A DNA stretch of 64,000 nucleotides from assembly GCA_963735805.1 (NCBI GenBank), contig CAVTMK010000001.1:224001-288000 (forward strand), read 5' to 3'. A program made the translations under genes and the position numbers. Of this stretch, positions 21,008-32,036 are shown one piece after another. The DNA is from an uncultured Verrucomicrobiae bacterium (lineage in GTDB: Bacteria > Verrucomicrobiota > Verrucomicrobiia > Chthoniobacterales > UBA10450). Within the stretch, counting starts at the first letter, position 1, and each line of letters starts with the position of its first letter. The notes below the pieces were generated by a model. It saw only the letters and a list, made by a program, of their open reading frames with translations. It searched no databases and was not told where the DNA came from.

Positions 21008-21667
21008 TCAAACTCCACGCTGGGTCGGGCTCCATATGAACTTGTGCATCTGAAGCTGAAAACGGACCTCGAGTTTATCGGCCAAGATCCACTCCACGAT
21101 CTCGCGTGGATCAATCCTCCCAAAAATCGGCGAAAATAGCACAGCGTGACAGCGAGCAGGAAGATCGTGTCGCGCCACTTTTTCGCGCGACCATTCGTAA
21201 TCTTCGCGCGATCCCATCACAAATTTCACCTCATCACGTGAAGTGAGATGGTCGATGTTCGACCAAAGATTCTTATCGACTTCGCCGCTTCCCGGCGTTT
21301 TCAAATCCATGATCCGATGGACACGGGGATCGACCTTCGAAACATCGTGTGCGCCCCCCGTCTCGATCAGGACCGAGTAGTCTGCATCACATAGCATCGA
21401 CATCAACGGCAGGACATTTTTCTGGAGCAACGGTTCACCTCCTGTGATCTCGACCAGAGGACAACGAAACGTGTGAACCGCATCCACGATCTCTTGCAGC
21501 GTTTGCTTTTTTCCCTCGTAAAACGCATACTCGGTATCGCAATAGCTGCAGCGCAAGTTACAGAAAGTCAGCCGCACAAAGACACACGGTCGTCCGACCC
21601 ACGTGCTTTCACCCTGGATCGAGTGATAGATTTCATTGATCGTCAGTGTCTTTTGGCGCTCGGCCAT
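21008..21667 (-). CDS. queE: 7-carboxy-7-deazaguanine synthase
   Basis: SIQGES, CNLRCSYCDT, ITGGEPLLQ and LQMHK motifs. Confidence 0.93.
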   Translation of the reverse strand: MAERQKTLTINEIYHSIQGESTWVGRPCVFVRLTFCNLRCSYCDTEYAFYEGKKQTLQEIVDAVHTFRCPLVEITGGEPLLQKNVLPLMSMLCDADYSVLIETGGAHDVSKVDPRVHRIMDLKTPGSGEVDKNLWSNIDHLTSRDEVKFVMGSREDYEWSREKVARHDLPARCHAVLFSPIFGRIDPREIVEWILADKLEVRFQLQMHKFIWSPTQRGV

Positions 21668-21882
21668 AGAGCCGGAAGGTCTTACGCGAAGGATTGCAAA
21701 GCAAGTGATCCTGAGGTGCGCGCTAGCGGGAGAAATCGCTATAGCTTGACGCTCTATCCGGCGTCCATAATCTGAAATTTGGCGACAAGCCGCATTTAAT
21801 GTGGCAACGCATTGACCAGCCTTCGCATCGCTTCGGCGTGTCGAGGGACAACGCGTTCGCCGGTCCGTAAGATGTTTGTAGC

Positions 21883-22578
21883 GTGAAGGTTTTAATACAT
21901 TTTTATCGTTCGTCGGTTGGCAGAAAAATAATCGTCGCGATCACCGGCATTATTCTGATCCTGTTCGTAATCGGCCATCTTCTCGGGAATTTGCAGATCT
22001 TCATCGGCCCAGATTGGATCAACGGTTATTCGGAGCATCTGCGTAATCTCGGGCCGATCCTCTGGTTGATCCGAATTTTTCTGCTGGCCACCGTCATTAT
22101 TCACATCTACGCAACCATCCAACTGGCGATTGAAAACAAGCGTGCCCGACCTGCGCCGTACGTGGACAAGCGGTACGTCAAAGCAACGTTCGCCTCTCGT
22201 CACATGGTGATGAGCGGATTGATCGTGCTGGCATTTATCATTTATCACCTCGCGCATTTCACCGTGCGCGTTACTGATCGCCGGTTTGGCCTACTCAAGG
22301 CTGATCCACTTGGCCACTACGACGTCTACTCCATGATGGTGTACGGGTTCCAAAATTATTATGTGTCTGGCTTTTACGTCCTCGGGCTGTTTTTGCTCGC
22401 ACTTCACTTAAGCCATGGAGCGTCCAGCTTTTTCCAATCTCTGGGGTTAAATGACAAAAAGGTGGCTCCCCGTCTTGCTCTGGCAGGTCGAATTTTCGCC
22501 TGGCTCATCTTTGCTGGGTATACGTCCATTCCAGTGGCCATCTTGCTCGGGTGGGTTAAACCGGCGCAACAGCTATGA
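21883..22578 (+). CDS. sdhC: Succinate dehydrogenase cytochrome b subunit
   Basis: [19 protein letters not shown], five TM helices with heme His residues. Confidence 0.92.
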   Translation: MKVLIHFYRSSVGRKIIVAITGIILILFVIGHLLGNLQIFIGPDWINGYSEHLRNLGPILWLIRIFLLATVIIHIYATIQLAIENKRARPAPYVDKRYVKATFASRHMVMSGLIVLAFIIYHLAHFTVRVTDRRFGLLKADPLGHYDVYSMMVYGFQNYYVSGFYVLGLFLLALHLSHGASSFFQSLGLNDKKVAPRLALAGRIFAWLIFAGYTSIPVAILLGWVKPAQQL

Positions 22579-24497
22579 TTGGAAGATTCGACGCCAAGGT
22601 TCCACCCGGACCGCTGGCCCAGAAATGGCGTAACCACCGCGACCATTCGCGGTTAGTTAGTCCGAACAATCGCCGAAAATTCGAGGTCATCGTTGTAGGA
22701 AGCGGTCTGGCTGGTGGATCAGCTGCAGCGACACTGGGCGAACTGGGTTATCGGGTGAAATGTTTTTGCTTTCAAGATTCGGCGCGCCGGGCGCATTCGA
22801 TTGCAGCGCAAGGCGGGATCAACGCGGCGAAAAATTACCAAAACGACGGCGACAGCGTTTACCGTCTCTTTTACGACACCATTAAGGGCGGTGATTTTCG
22901 TTCCCGCGAAGCGAACGTGTATCGGCTCGCTGAGATTGCCAACCACATTATCGACCAATGCGTCGCTCAGGGTGTACCCTTTGCGCGCGAATACAGCGGC
23001 TATCTTGCCAATCGTTCCTTCGGCGGCGCGCAGGTGTCGCGGACTTTTTATGCGCGTGGACAAACTGGTCAGCAGCTCTTGCTGGGATGTTATCAGGCGC
23101 TTTGTCGCCAAATCGCTATCGGCACAGTGCAAATGTTTCCGCAAACGGAGATGCTCGACCTCGTGATTGTCGAGGGACATGCCAAGGGAATCATCACTCG
23201 GGATTTGTGCTCCGGAAAAATCGAAAGGCACGCGGCGGATGCTGTCGTAATCGCCACTGGGGGATACGGAAACGTCTTTTATCTGTCTACCAACGCGCGA
23301 GGATGCAACGTCACGGCGACGTACCGTGCTTACAAAAGAGGCGCGCTGTTTGCAAATCCGTCCTTCACACAGATTCATCCGACGTGCATCCCGGTCAGCG
23401 GCGAGCACCAATCCAAGCTCACGCTCATGTCCGAGTCGCTACGAAACGATGGACGCGTCTGGGTTCCGAAACGCAAAGAAGATCGTGACAATGCGCCCGG
23501 TGAAATCTCTGAGACAGATCGCGATTATTATCTCGAGCGAAAATATCCGAGCTACGGCAATCTTTCGCCGCGTGATATTTCGTCTCGTGCGGCGAAGGAA
23601 GTTTGTGACGAAGGTCGCGGCGTGGGACCCGGCGGGCGCGGTGTCTACCTCGATTTTGCGGATGCGATTAAGCGTTTGGGAGAGCAGACGATTCGCGAAC
23701 GGTACGGGAATTTGTTTGAAGTTTACGAAAAGATCACCGGTGAAGATGCCTATAAAGTGCCGATGCGGATTTATCCCGCCGTCCATTACACAATGGGCGG
23801 CCTGTGGGTCGACTACGATCTAATGAGCAATGTGCCCGGGCTTTTTGTAATCGGTGAAGCAAATTTTTCTGATCACGGCGCCAACCGGCTTGGTGCCAGC
23901 GCTCTCATGCAAGGCCTGGCCGATGGTTATTTCGTTTTACCTAACACGCTGCCGAACTATCTCGCCGGACAGATGGGGAAGCGGCCTTCGCCAGATTGTC
24001 CGGCGTTTCGAGAAACGGAGGAAAGTGTTCACGGCAGGATCAGAAAACTTCTCAGTGTGAATGGCACTCGTCCGGTCGATTCATTCCATCGCGAGCTTGG
24101 TTTGCTTCTCTGGGACATGTGCGGAATGTCGCGTCATGAAAAGGGATTGCGGGAGGCGTTGAAGAAAATTCCCGAACTGCGAGAACAATTCTGGCATGAG
24201 GTGCGCGTCCCGGGGAATGGCGACGATTTCAATCAATCCCTGGAACGCGCCGGACGCGTTGCAGATTTCCTCGAGTTTGCCGAGCTGATGTGTTTGGACG
24301 CGCTTGAGCGTGACGAATCTTGCGGAGCCCATTTTCGCGAAGAGCATCAGACCGCCGATGGCGAAGCATTGCGCGACGACGAAAACCACACCGCGGTGTT
24401 TGCCTGGGAATTTCAAGGCGATGGACAATCTCCAAAGCTTCATCGTGAGGCGCTACATTTCGAAACGGTGCATCTGACACAAAGGAGTTATAAGTGA
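22575..24497 (+). CDS. sdhA: Succinate dehydrogenase/fumarate reductase flavoprotein
   Basis: [24 protein letters not shown] and [11 protein letters not shown] motifs. Confidence 0.97.
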   Translation: MIGRFDAKVPPGPLAQKWRNHRDHSRLVSPNNRRKFEVIVVGSGLAGGSAAATLGELGYRVKCFCFQDSARRAHSIAAQGGINAAKNYQNDGDSVYRLFYDTIKGGDFRSREANVYRLAEIANHIIDQCVAQGVPFAREYSGYLANRSFGGAQVSRTFYARGQTGQQLLLGCYQALCRQIAIGTVQMFPQTEMLDLVIVEGHAKGIITRDLCSGKIERHAADAVVIATGGYGNVFYLSTNARGCNVTATYRAYKRGALFANPSFTQIHPTCIPVSGEHQSKLTLMSESLRNDGRVWVPKRKEDRDNAPGEISETDRDYYLERKYPSYGNLSPRDISSRAAKEVCDEGRGVGPGGRGVYLDFADAIKRLGEQTIRERYGNLFEVYEKITGEDAYKVPMRIYPAVHYTMGGLWVDYDLMSNVPGLFVIGEANFSDHGANRLGASALMQGLADGYFVLPNTLPNYLAGQMGKRPSPDCPAFRETEESVHGRIRKLLSVNGTRPVDSFHRELGLLLWDMCGMSRHEKGLREALKKIPELREQFWHEVRVPGNGDDFNQSLERAGRVADFLEFAELMCLDALERDESCGAHFREEHQTADGEALRDDENHTAVFAWEFQGDGQSPKLHREALHFETVHLTQRSYK

Positions 24498-24508
24498 GCA
24501 ATCCCTAT

Positions 24509-24572
24509 GGTAGGGCGCGACCGCCGGGCGCGACGACGAATTTGACGGACGGCTCGGCGATCCGTCCCTACC
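24509..24572. repeat. GTAG-type REP doublet
   Basis: GGTAGGGCGCGACCGCCGGGCGCG...GGACGGCTCGGCGATCCGTCCCTACC between sdhA and sdhB. Confidence 0.8.
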
Positions 24573-24582
24573 TCTCTCAACT

Positions 24583-25338
24583 ATGAATTTTCGGCTCAGA
24601 ATCTGGCGCCAAAAAGATCGACAAACGCCGGGTGAACTCGTCGATTACGAAGCGGCTGACATTTCGCCGAACACCTCGTTTCTCGAAATGCTCGACATTC
24701 TCAACGATACGTTGGTCAAGGGCGGAGCGGAACCAATCGCGTTTGACTCGGATTGCCGCGAAGGCATTTGCGGCACTTGCTCGCTGACGATTAACGGCGA
24801 ACCCCACGGACCCGATCATCCCGGCGCAGTCTGCGAGCTTTACATGAGAAAGTTTCGCGACGGCGCGACGATTACAATCGAGCCTTTTCGCGTCGGGTCC
24901 TTCCCACTGCTGAAAGACCTCGTAGTCGACCGCAGCGCGCTGGATCGCATTGTGCAGGCGGGCGGGTTCATTTCCGCGCGCACAGGGTCCGCTCCCGAGG
25001 CAAATTCGATGCTGGTTCCCAAGCACAACGCCGATCTGGCGATGGAAGCGGCAGCTTGCATCGGCTGTGGCGCGTGCGCAGCGGCTTGTCCAAATGGATC
25101 AGCCATGCTTTTCGCTGCTGCAAAGGTCTCACACCTATCGTTTGTACCGCAGGGGCATCCGGAACGAGATAGTCGGGTGCTGCGAATGGTTAGCGTCATG
25201 GATGCGGAAGGATTCGGCAATTGCACTAATACATATGAATGCGAAGCGGTTTGCCCAGCCGAAATCAGCGCCAGTTTCATTGCCAAGCTGAACCGGGAAT
25301 ACGCACGAGCGTCATTGCAGCGTAGCGCAGGCGAATAG
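24583..25338 (+). CDS. sdhB: Succinate dehydrogenase iron-sulfur subunit
   Basis: DCREGICGTC, CIGCGACAAACP and CTNTYECEAVCP motifs. Confidence 0.96.
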   Translation: MNFRLRIWRQKDRQTPGELVDYEAADISPNTSFLEMLDILNDTLVKGGAEPIAFDSDCREGICGTCSLTINGEPHGPDHPGAVCELYMRKFRDGATITIEPFRVGSFPLLKDLVVDRSALDRIVQAGGFISARTGSAPEANSMLVPKHNADLAMEAAACIGCGACAAACPNGSAMLFAAAKVSHLSFVPQGHPERDSRVLRMVSVMDAEGFGNCTNTYECEAVCPAEISASFIAKLNREYARASLQRSAGE

Positions 25339-25425
25339 GCTTAGGGCGCACGGGATCTGCGCCTAACTTTTTCCCAAACCGAAGGCCGTCTTGTAATGCC
25401 GTTATCTGCATGCGATGAAATCGCG

Positions 25426-26547
25426 ATGCCGAAAGCTAAAACCAAAGCGGCAAGCGCAAACAGTTACGCCGTACTCGGTTCCGACGAAGCAGAGGTCAAG
25501 CGCGTGGCCGCAGAGCTCGCGTCTAATCTGACCCCACCAGGCGCAGGCGATTTCGGATTGGAAGTCATTGATGGCACTGCCGATAACGCGGAGCAGGCAG
25601 AAGCGCGAGTAAGAGCGGCAATCGAGGCACTCCAAACACTGCCTTTTTTTGGCGACACAAAAGTGGTTTGGCTAAAGAATATTAATTTTCTCGGCGACGA
25701 TCAAAAGGCGCGTTCGGCGCCGGTGCAATCAGCTTTGGAGGAGTTGTCCGAGCTAATCGATGGCGGTCTCGGTCCCGGGATCACTCTGCTGATGAGCGCG
25801 ACTGAGGTGGATAAACGTCGCTCCTTTTATAAGACGCTGGTCAAACGCGCAGAAGTACAGATTTTCGACCGACTCGATTCCAGCCGAAGCGGATGGGAGG
25901 AAGAAGCGCTTGAGCTGGTTCAACAGCACGCAAAAAAAAGAAAACTCCAATTCGACGAAGACGCGCTCGATCTTTTTGTGTTGCTGAGTGGCGGCGATAC
26001 TCGACAGATCGATAACGAACTGGAAAAGATCGATACTTTTCTTGGAAAAGAGCGAGGCGTGAATGCCAAACTCGTCCGCGAGTTGGTGCCGCTTTCGCGC
26101 GCTGGTGTCATCTTCGAGCTGGGTAATGCGCTGGCGGCTCGCGACCTTCAATTATCACTGAAGCTGGTGCAACGCTTACTGGATCAAGGCGAAAGCGCCA
26201 TCGGAATCTTGCTGGTGGCGATCGTTCCCACGATCCGCAACTTGCTACTCGCGAAGGAGCTGATGGAACGATATCGCATGGCGCGACCGCACTCACCCTT
26301 TCAGTTCATCTCGGCAGTCAACCGGCTGCCGGCCGAGGCGACGGATCATTTGCCGCGCAGGAAGGATGGCTCGCTCAACGCTTACGCGCTCGGGATCGCC
26401 GCACAGCGGGCAGGTCGGTTTGAAACCGATCAATTAATTGGGGCCATGAGAGCGTGTCTCGCGGCAAATGTTCAATTGGTTACCACGCAGCTTGATCACG
26501 AACTGATCTTAACCGGGGTGGTCGTCAATCTGCTCGGAGACACCTGA
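25426..26547 (+). CDS. holA: DNA polymerase III delta subunit
   Basis: LQTLPFFGDTKVVWLK, DKRRSFYK, NELEKI and IFELGNAL motifs. Confidence 0.85.
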   Translation: MPKAKTKAASANSYAVLGSDEAEVKRVAAELASNLTPPGAGDFGLEVIDGTADNAEQAEARVRAAIEALQTLPFFGDTKVVWLKNINFLGDDQKARSAPVQSALEELSELIDGGLGPGITLLMSATEVDKRRSFYKTLVKRAEVQIFDRLDSSRSGWEEEALELVQQHAKKRKLQFDEDALDLFVLLSGGDTRQIDNELEKIDTFLGKERGVNAKLVRELVPLSRAGVIFELGNALAARDLQLSLKLVQRLLDQGESAIGILLVAIVPTIRNLLLAKELMERYRMARPHSPFQFISAVNRLPAEATDHLPRRKDGSLNAYALGIAAQRAGRFETDQLIGAMRACLAANVQLVTTQLDHELILTGVVVNLLGDT

Positions 26548-26623
26548 TTTTGCAGCCGACAACCTTCGCGAGGCACTGCTTAACGAGTTGGCGCTGCGCT
26601 TCGCACAGCGAAGCCTCCGCAGA

Positions 26624-27052
26624 TCAAGTGCTTTCCACCTGTCGCCGCGCAACCGGGCCGATGTAAGGAATGTCCCAGCGAACACCTGTAAAGGCCTTCA
26701 CGATGGTAATAATCATTATTACCAGAAACACGAGATGAACCAGCGCGGCGACGATTGCCCAGAAAAATACCAGGATGCCGCCAATACCGGGAATCGCCCC
26801 GAACACGGCATGCACGACAGCCGACACGATGTTAAAAAGAAACCACGCGCAACCAAAGATGATCGATTGCATCGCGTAAAAGCGCACGAAGGCATCTTGC
26901 TTTTCGAGGATATAAAAAATGATGCCGCCGATCAAGGGGATGCAGGCGATCGCTGCAGCTACATTTGAAGGTAAACCGGTCGATGTAGATTTTGCTGTCG
27001 CCCCAGGTTCGGGACCTGGCGGAGGAGGTTGAGTGGGCACTTCGTCTGGCAT
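26624..27052 (-). CDS. DUF4870-like membrane protein
   Basis: GLPSNVAAAIAC, FVRFYAMQSI and IPYIG motifs. Confidence 0.8.
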   Translation of the reverse strand: MPDEVPTQPPPPGPEPGATAKSTSTGLPSNVAAAIACIPLIGGIIFYILEKQDAFVRFYAMQSIIFGCAWFLFNIVSAVVHAVFGAIPGIGGILVFFWAIVAALVHLVFLVIMIITIVKAFTGVRWDIPYIGPVARRQVEST

Positions 27053-27167
27053 GATCTACATACACAAACTGGAAAGTGTATTGTCAAGCAACTTCCTTTT
27101 GCGGAGGTCTTTTTCGCTTTCGCTCCCCAGCCTGCCAAATATCATGGGTGCCGAAGCAAGCAGATCA

Positions 27168-27833
27168 ATGACCAAAAATTCCTATTTTGCGCGTGCTTTC
27201 ACGCTGCTCGAATTGCTCGTTATCATGGCGGTCATCGCAATTCTCATATCGATCGCTTATCCGGTATATACCGGCATTCTGGAGCGTGGAAAAGTAACGC
27301 AAGATATGAACAATCTTCACCAGATCGGTATCGCTATACAGACCTATCTTAACGACAACGATCAAATTCTTCCCGATAGTCCGACCTGGCCCGGCACGAC
27401 GATAACGCCAGTGCTTTACCCGAAATACATTGGAACTAGAAAGATTTTCCAGTCGCCCTTCGATAAACGATCCAGTTTGGAAACCGATCTGGCGCCGGTC
27501 AGCTACAGCATCAACCATAATATGTATGACCCCGCAGTGGGAATAAGTCGCAACTTGATAAAAGTTGTCTCACCGGCTTCAACGTTCTTGATGGCGCCGA
27601 CATACACCGGAAACCCGACAAACGCTTCGTCATGGGCAGGCACTACTACCAGCGCACCCGATTTGCCCGTGGGCGGTACGGGCGAAACAAAGGGAACTCA
27701 CTCTAACGGCACCCGGATCAATGCCTTATTTTGCGACTGGCACACAGAAAGTCTGACATTCGGCCCGGCAGCCACGGCTGGCACATTTCAGAATACAACG
27801 CTCGCTCCATTCCATTGGGATCCCAGGCAATAA
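27168..27833 (+). CDS. Prepilin-type N-terminal cleavage/methylation protein (PVC H-X9-DG-like family)
   Basis: AFTLLELLVIMAVIAILISIAYP, NNLHQIGIA, C-terminal H...NALFCDWH. Confidence 0.85.
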   Translation: MTKNSYFARAFTLLELLVIMAVIAILISIAYPVYTGILERGKVTQDMNNLHQIGIAIQTYLNDNDQILPDSPTWPGTTITPVLYPKYIGTRKIFQSPFDKRSSLETDLAPVSYSINHNMYDPAVGISRNLIKVVSPASTFLMAPTYTGNPTNASSWAGTTTSAPDLPVGGTGETKGTHSNGTRINALFCDWHTESLTFGPAATAGTFQNTTLAPFHWDPRQ

Positions 27834-28924
27834 AAAGACCGGTTTTCCAGATTGTCCTCCGTTTTGGTGGTTACGATTACCGTGCGCTGATCGGCGCGGA
27901 TTTACTCAAGCAACTGGGAGAGTATCTGGGTAAATACCTAACTGCAAAAACGTGTACTGTGGTTACCGACAACAATGTTGGACCGCTCTTCGCTAGACGA
28001 GTGGAACGAAGTCTTGCATCAGCTGGCTTTAAGCCAACGTTGATCACGATTCCAGCGGGCGAAAAATCGAAGACGCTGAAGCAAGCTGCCGCAATTTGCG
28101 ATGAGATGCTTGCTGCTGGATTGGATCGGCAATCGTTCGTTATCGGTCTCGGTGGCGGCGTGATCGGTGATATATCAGGATTTGTTGCGGCCATTTATCA
28201 GCGCGGCATTCCCCATGTTCAAATTCCAACGACGTTGCTTGCGATGGTGGACAGCTCAATCGGCGGAAAGACCGGGGTGAACACTACAAACGGCAAGAAT
28301 TTGCTCGGCGCCGTCCACCAGCCGTCACTGGTGATTGATGATGTGAATGTTTTGAAAACGTTGCCTCGCCGCGAGTTTAATCAGGGGTTCGCAGAGGTCA
28401 TCAAACACGCAATCGTCGCGGATGCAAAAATGATCGGCGTGCTTGAATCCTGGAAGGCAGGGTCGCCGGGGCGACCGCTGGCCCTGCTATCGCTGATTAA
28501 GCACAACATCAGGATTAAATCGAAAATCGTGGCGAAAGATGAGCGAGATCGCACCGGCGAACGAGCGCTCCTCAATTTCGGACACACCGTGGGTCACGCG
28601 ATTGAACGCGCGGGAAATTACCGGAAATTTCTTCACGGCGAAGCCCTCAGCTTGGGAATTGTCGCCGCGTGCGCGATCTCAATCAAAAGGGCTGGACTGA
28701 ACCCAAGGCAACGCGATGCGGTGATTGAGCTTCTGCAACGATTCGACTTGCCAACAAGATTGCCAAAAAATTTTCCACGCCAGAAGGTTTTTAACGCGCT
28801 GAAGTTTGATAAGAAATTTGAAGGCGGCAAAACCCGATTCGTCGTAACGCCGAGAATAGGCGCTGCCTATCTCACGAGCGACGTCACGCTCGACAATATC
28901 CGCGAGGCGGTAGATGAACTGTAG
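27815..28924 (+). CDS. aroB: 3-dehydroquinate synthase (start uncertain)
   Basis: GEKSK, GGGVIGDISGF, PTTLLAMVDSSIGGKTG, LNFGHTVGHAIE and HGEA motifs. Confidence 0.95.
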   Translation: MGSQAIKRPVFQIVLRFGGYDYRALIGADLLKQLGEYLGKYLTAKTCTVVTDNNVGPLFARRVERSLASAGFKPTLITIPAGEKSKTLKQAAAICDEMLAAGLDRQSFVIGLGGGVIGDISGFVAAIYQRGIPHVQIPTTLLAMVDSSIGGKTGVNTTNGKNLLGAVHQPSLVIDDVNVLKTLPRREFNQGFAEVIKHAIVADAKMIGVLESWKAGSPGRPLALLSLIKHNIRIKSKIVAKDERDRTGERALLNFGHTVGHAIERAGNYRKFLHGEALSLGIVAACAISIKRAGLNPRQRDAVIELLQRFDLPTRLPKNFPRQKVFNALKFDKKFEGGKTRFVVTPRIGAAYLTSDVTLDNIREAVDEL

Positions 28925-28970
28925 CCGCTGGCGTCGATCGCGACGGCCGGGGTCTCCGCCCCCGGCTACA
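28920..28970. repeat. GTAG-type REP element between convergent genes
   Basis: TGTAGCCGCTGGCGTCG...CCGGGGTCTCCGCCCCCGGCTACA; both TAG stop codons lie within the TGTAG ends. Confidence 0.75.
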
Positions 28971-30237
28971 GACCTCGTGTCTTCGAGTAATATTCGATTA
29001 ATCCATCGGTTACGCTGTCGGCGTATTCGCGGAAAATACTTTTACGTTCGGTTCCGTTGACGTTGCGGGTTCCTTTGTAATCGCCAGCCTGAATACGAGC
29101 GAAAGCGTCGTTACTATTCATCACATAGGGCTCACAATAAATCACCGGACAACGATAAAGGCGCGTAGCGAGCAAATTCCGCGCGTACACATAACCGGTG
29201 CCACCGACTTTGGTGGTGCTGTTCGTAGTAGGATATTCATAAGCTGGTAGATGAGTTTCACGCGCCATCGCGCTGGCAATGGTGTCCGCCATTGGTAATT
29301 CCTCGTCGTAAACGCGACTCAGAAGTCGCCGAATCATTTCGAAACGTTCGTCGTCGTATTCAAGCTCCTGCGGCAAATAGGAACCGTTCACAAGAAGATG
29401 AAAATGGTTGGCGTCCGTCAGTGTCGGATTATTCGGGTCGCCCCAGCCTTCGGCATTGAAATGCAGGCAAAGGACGAGGTCGGGATGCAGTTTAAAGTTT
29501 ACCAGCGCTGCTCGACGGCGAATCTCGCTGTAGCGGTAAAATAGGATTTCGCTCTGCCAGCGAATCGTGTGCTCTTTCTCCGGATCATTTGGATCAAGGA
29601 TGTCAGCGCGGGGCTGTGGCACACCGTTTTTGATCAGCACTTTCCTGGCGAGTTCCCGAAAATCATCAGGACGTTTTGCTGTGACCGGCTCATTGCTATT
29701 CCGAACAAACAAAACTTTCGCGCCCAGTTCGCGCAATCGTGAGGCGAGCAGCCGCGCAACTTTCAAAGTCAGATCACCTTCCTGAACTGGCTGGGTATTA
29801 CCGACTTGAAACCAGCGTTCTTCCATTTTTGACCATTGGCCGCCCAAATGACCCGGGTCGAGTGCAATCCGTAAGCCTGAAAGCGGCTTGTCCTCTTTCG
29901 CGGGCGGCAACGATTTAGCGGAATTCCAGAGATGCGGCACCAGCTTGCGCGAAGCATCATTCTTCGCGAACCGCAAAATGAAAAAATTCTGTGACTCGCG
30001 GTTAGTCACAATCCGCGCTGTATCGCTGTTTACTTGGATTAAATCCGGAGCGAATCCGTGCGTGCAGTAAACGTTGTAGACTAAATGCGCGAACTCATCG
30101 TGGGTGATTGTCTCCTGATAGTGTTCAAGAAGACTCCACTTTGGTTTGCTGCCGAGAACACTGACGCTTTCCCCCGCATGCAGCGTCAGCGGAAAAAATA
30201 ACAGGAGAAATGACAACTGACGAAGGACCAGAGACAT
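28966..30237 (-). CDS. N-acetylmuramoyl-L-alanine amidase-like secreted protein
   Basis: Signal peptide; IALDPGHLGG, EGDLTLKVA and LCLHFNA (Amidase_3 zinc motifs). Confidence 0.75.
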   Translation of the reverse strand: MSLVLRQLSFLLLFFPLTLHAGESVSVLGSKPKWSLLEHYQETITHDEFAHLVYNVYCTHGFAPDLIQVNSDTARIVTNRESQNFFILRFAKNDASRKLVPHLWNSAKSLPPAKEDKPLSGLRIALDPGHLGGQWSKMEERWFQVGNTQPVQEGDLTLKVARLLASRLRELGAKVLFVRNSNEPVTAKRPDDFRELARKVLIKNGVPQPRADILDPNDPEKEHTIRWQSEILFYRYSEIRRRAALVNFKLHPDLVLCLHFNAEGWGDPNNPTLTDANHFHLLVNGSYLPQELEYDDERFEMIRRLLSRVYDEELPMADTIASAMARETHLPAYEYPTTNSTTKVGGTGYVYARNLLATRLYRCPVIYCEPYVMNSNDAFARIQAGDYKGTRNVNGTERKSIFREYADSVTDGLIEYYSKTRGL

Positions 30238-30329
30238 GCGTGATTCGTAAATCGTTACACGGTCACATCGGATTGGCTATCCAACGATTCAACGTTGTAA
30301 CCTAGCAAAGCCAATACGATGATCGCAGA

Positions 30330-31184
30330 ATGCTAACGGTTCTCATCCTGGGCGATATCGTCGGTGAGTCGGGACGTACAGCCGTGATCGCCAGGCTGCC
30401 GGAACTAAAAGCGAAGTACGGCCTGGATTTCATCGTCGTTAACGGAGAGAACGCGGCTGGCGGTCGCGGTATCACGGGAAGGATCACAATCGATCTCTTG
30501 CGCGCCGGCGTCTCTGTCATTACCACCGGCGATCACGTGTGGGACCAGAAAGAAATTCTTGGGTTTATCGATACCGAGCCGCGTTTGTTGCGGCCCGTGA
30601 ATTATCCTGACGGGGCGCCGGGCAACGGATCGATCGTTCTGGAAACGGCCAAGGGAAAGATCGGTGTCATCAACGTACAAGCGCGCACATTTATGCAGCC
30701 GATTTTGGAAAACCCGTTTCACTCGGTCGAAGCAGCTGTGACGAAAATGCGCAGCGACACTGCGAACATTATCGTGGACGTACATGGTGAGACGACCAGT
30801 GAGAAAATTGCGCTGGGCCGGTTCCTTGACGGAAAGGTCTCTGCTGTGATTGGAACCCACACACACGTTCAGACCGCCGATGAGCAAATTTTTGAGGGTG
30901 GCACAGCTTTCCTGTGTGACGCAGGCATGTGCGGACCTGTGAAGTCGATCCTCGGACGCGCCATTGATCCAATTATGAACCGGTTCATCTCCAATCTGCC
31001 GGCGTCGTTTCCGGTGGCTAGCGGTGAGGTGCGCTTGCGTGGTGCACTAGTCGAAATTGACGAGAGCACTGGTCGCGCAGTGCAAATTACGCGCGTGGAT
31101 GAGCCTGGGCCCGGTGTAAATGCGTCATCGGAGCCCGAACGAAAGATCGATGTCGAGCAGGTGCCATCTCCAGAACAAACTTGA
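30330..31184 (+). CDS. YmdB/TIGR00282 metallophosphoesterase
   Basis: GDIVG, NGENAAGG, HGETTSEK and GTHTHVQTAD motifs. Confidence 0.93.
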   Translation: MLTVLILGDIVGESGRTAVIARLPELKAKYGLDFIVVNGENAAGGRGITGRITIDLLRAGVSVITTGDHVWDQKEILGFIDTEPRLLRPVNYPDGAPGNGSIVLETAKGKIGVINVQARTFMQPILENPFHSVEAAVTKMRSDTANIIVDVHGETTSEKIALGRFLDGKVSAVIGTHTHVQTADEQIFEGGTAFLCDAGMCGPVKSILGRAIDPIMNRFISNLPASFPVASGEVRLRGALVEIDESTGRAVQITRVDEPGPGVNASSEPERKIDVEQVPSPEQT

Positions 31185-31259
31185 ACAGTTGCGCTTGCGG
31201 CTAACGATTCGCGGGCTGAACTTCGAATGGTTCAAGAACATCAACGTCCAAAAGAAATT

Positions 31260-31907
31260 ATGAATAGAATCCATGTCTTAACGTTCATCGCGACCCTGGC
31301 GCTTTGTGCTCCGCAGTTGTCGCAGGCGGAAGCCGCTAAAGAAGCCAAAGAGGCAAACAAGCTCGCTCTCGAAGGGGCCGAGGCGTCCAAGAATCAAGAG
31401 TGGGACAAGGCCATTGAGCTGCTCCGCAAAGCCACCAACCTCGACCATAAATATGCGCCGAACCTCTCTGCCGTATATCAACAACGCGCATATGTTGAAG
31501 CGACTAACGAGCAGTTTCAGGATGCCCTTAATGATTATGGCGAAGCACTCAAAATCACTTCAGACGACCCGCGCATCTACGAACAACGGGCCGCGGTGGA
31601 GATGAAAGCAAATGATATGGATAAAGCACTGGCCGACTATTCCCAGGCGATCAAGCTTAAGCCGAATGAGACGCGGTATTACCTTTACCGCAGTTACATC
31701 TACGAAACGAAGGGCGACCTTAAGAGCTCCATGGGTGACACGGAGAAAGTGCTGCAACTCGATCCTAAAAACCAGGAAGCCGTCGCGCGAAAAACCCGGC
31801 TGGAAAAGATAACCGCCTTGAGAGCCCCATTTACACCGATCCCCGCACCCTCACCGCGTCCATCGCCAGCGGCCGCGCATACGCCGCATAAGCCGCATAA
31901 GCCGTAA
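31260..31907 (+). CDS. Secreted TPR repeat protein
   Basis: Signal peptide, four or more TPR units, Pro-rich tail. Confidence 0.85.
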   Translation: MNRIHVLTFIATLALCAPQLSQAEAAKEAKEANKLALEGAEASKNQEWDKAIELLRKATNLDHKYAPNLSAVYQQRAYVEATNEQFQDALNDYGEALKITSDDPRIYEQRAAVEMKANDMDKALADYSQAIKLKPNETRYYLYRSYIYETKGDLKSSMGDTEKVLQLDPKNQEAVARKTRLEKITALRAPFTPIPAPSPRPSPAAAHTPHKPHKP

Positions 31908-32036
31908 CCGTTGGTCAGGCGGCAACGAGGTCGCAGTTTTTCCGCTCTATTCCACGCGTCCGTTTACCAAGATAGATCGGCTTCTCGAAAGACAATCGTG
32001 AAGGGAGCGTCGAACGCGCCAGATGCCCTTCGACGT

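Noticed and set aside
20478..21667. queD/queE as a dpd DNA-modification defence locus
   Set aside because: No dpdA/tgt-like or other dpd genes nearby; consistent with ordinary queuosine synthesis.
21668..21882. preQ1 riboswitch upstream of queE
   Set aside because: No recognisable preQ1 stem or A-rich tail; the region looks like a divergent promoter.
27829..27835. aroB starting at ATA overlapping the upstream stop (CAATAAAA)
   Set aside because: An in-frame TTG at 27815 offers a conventional start; this cannot be resolved from the sequence alone.
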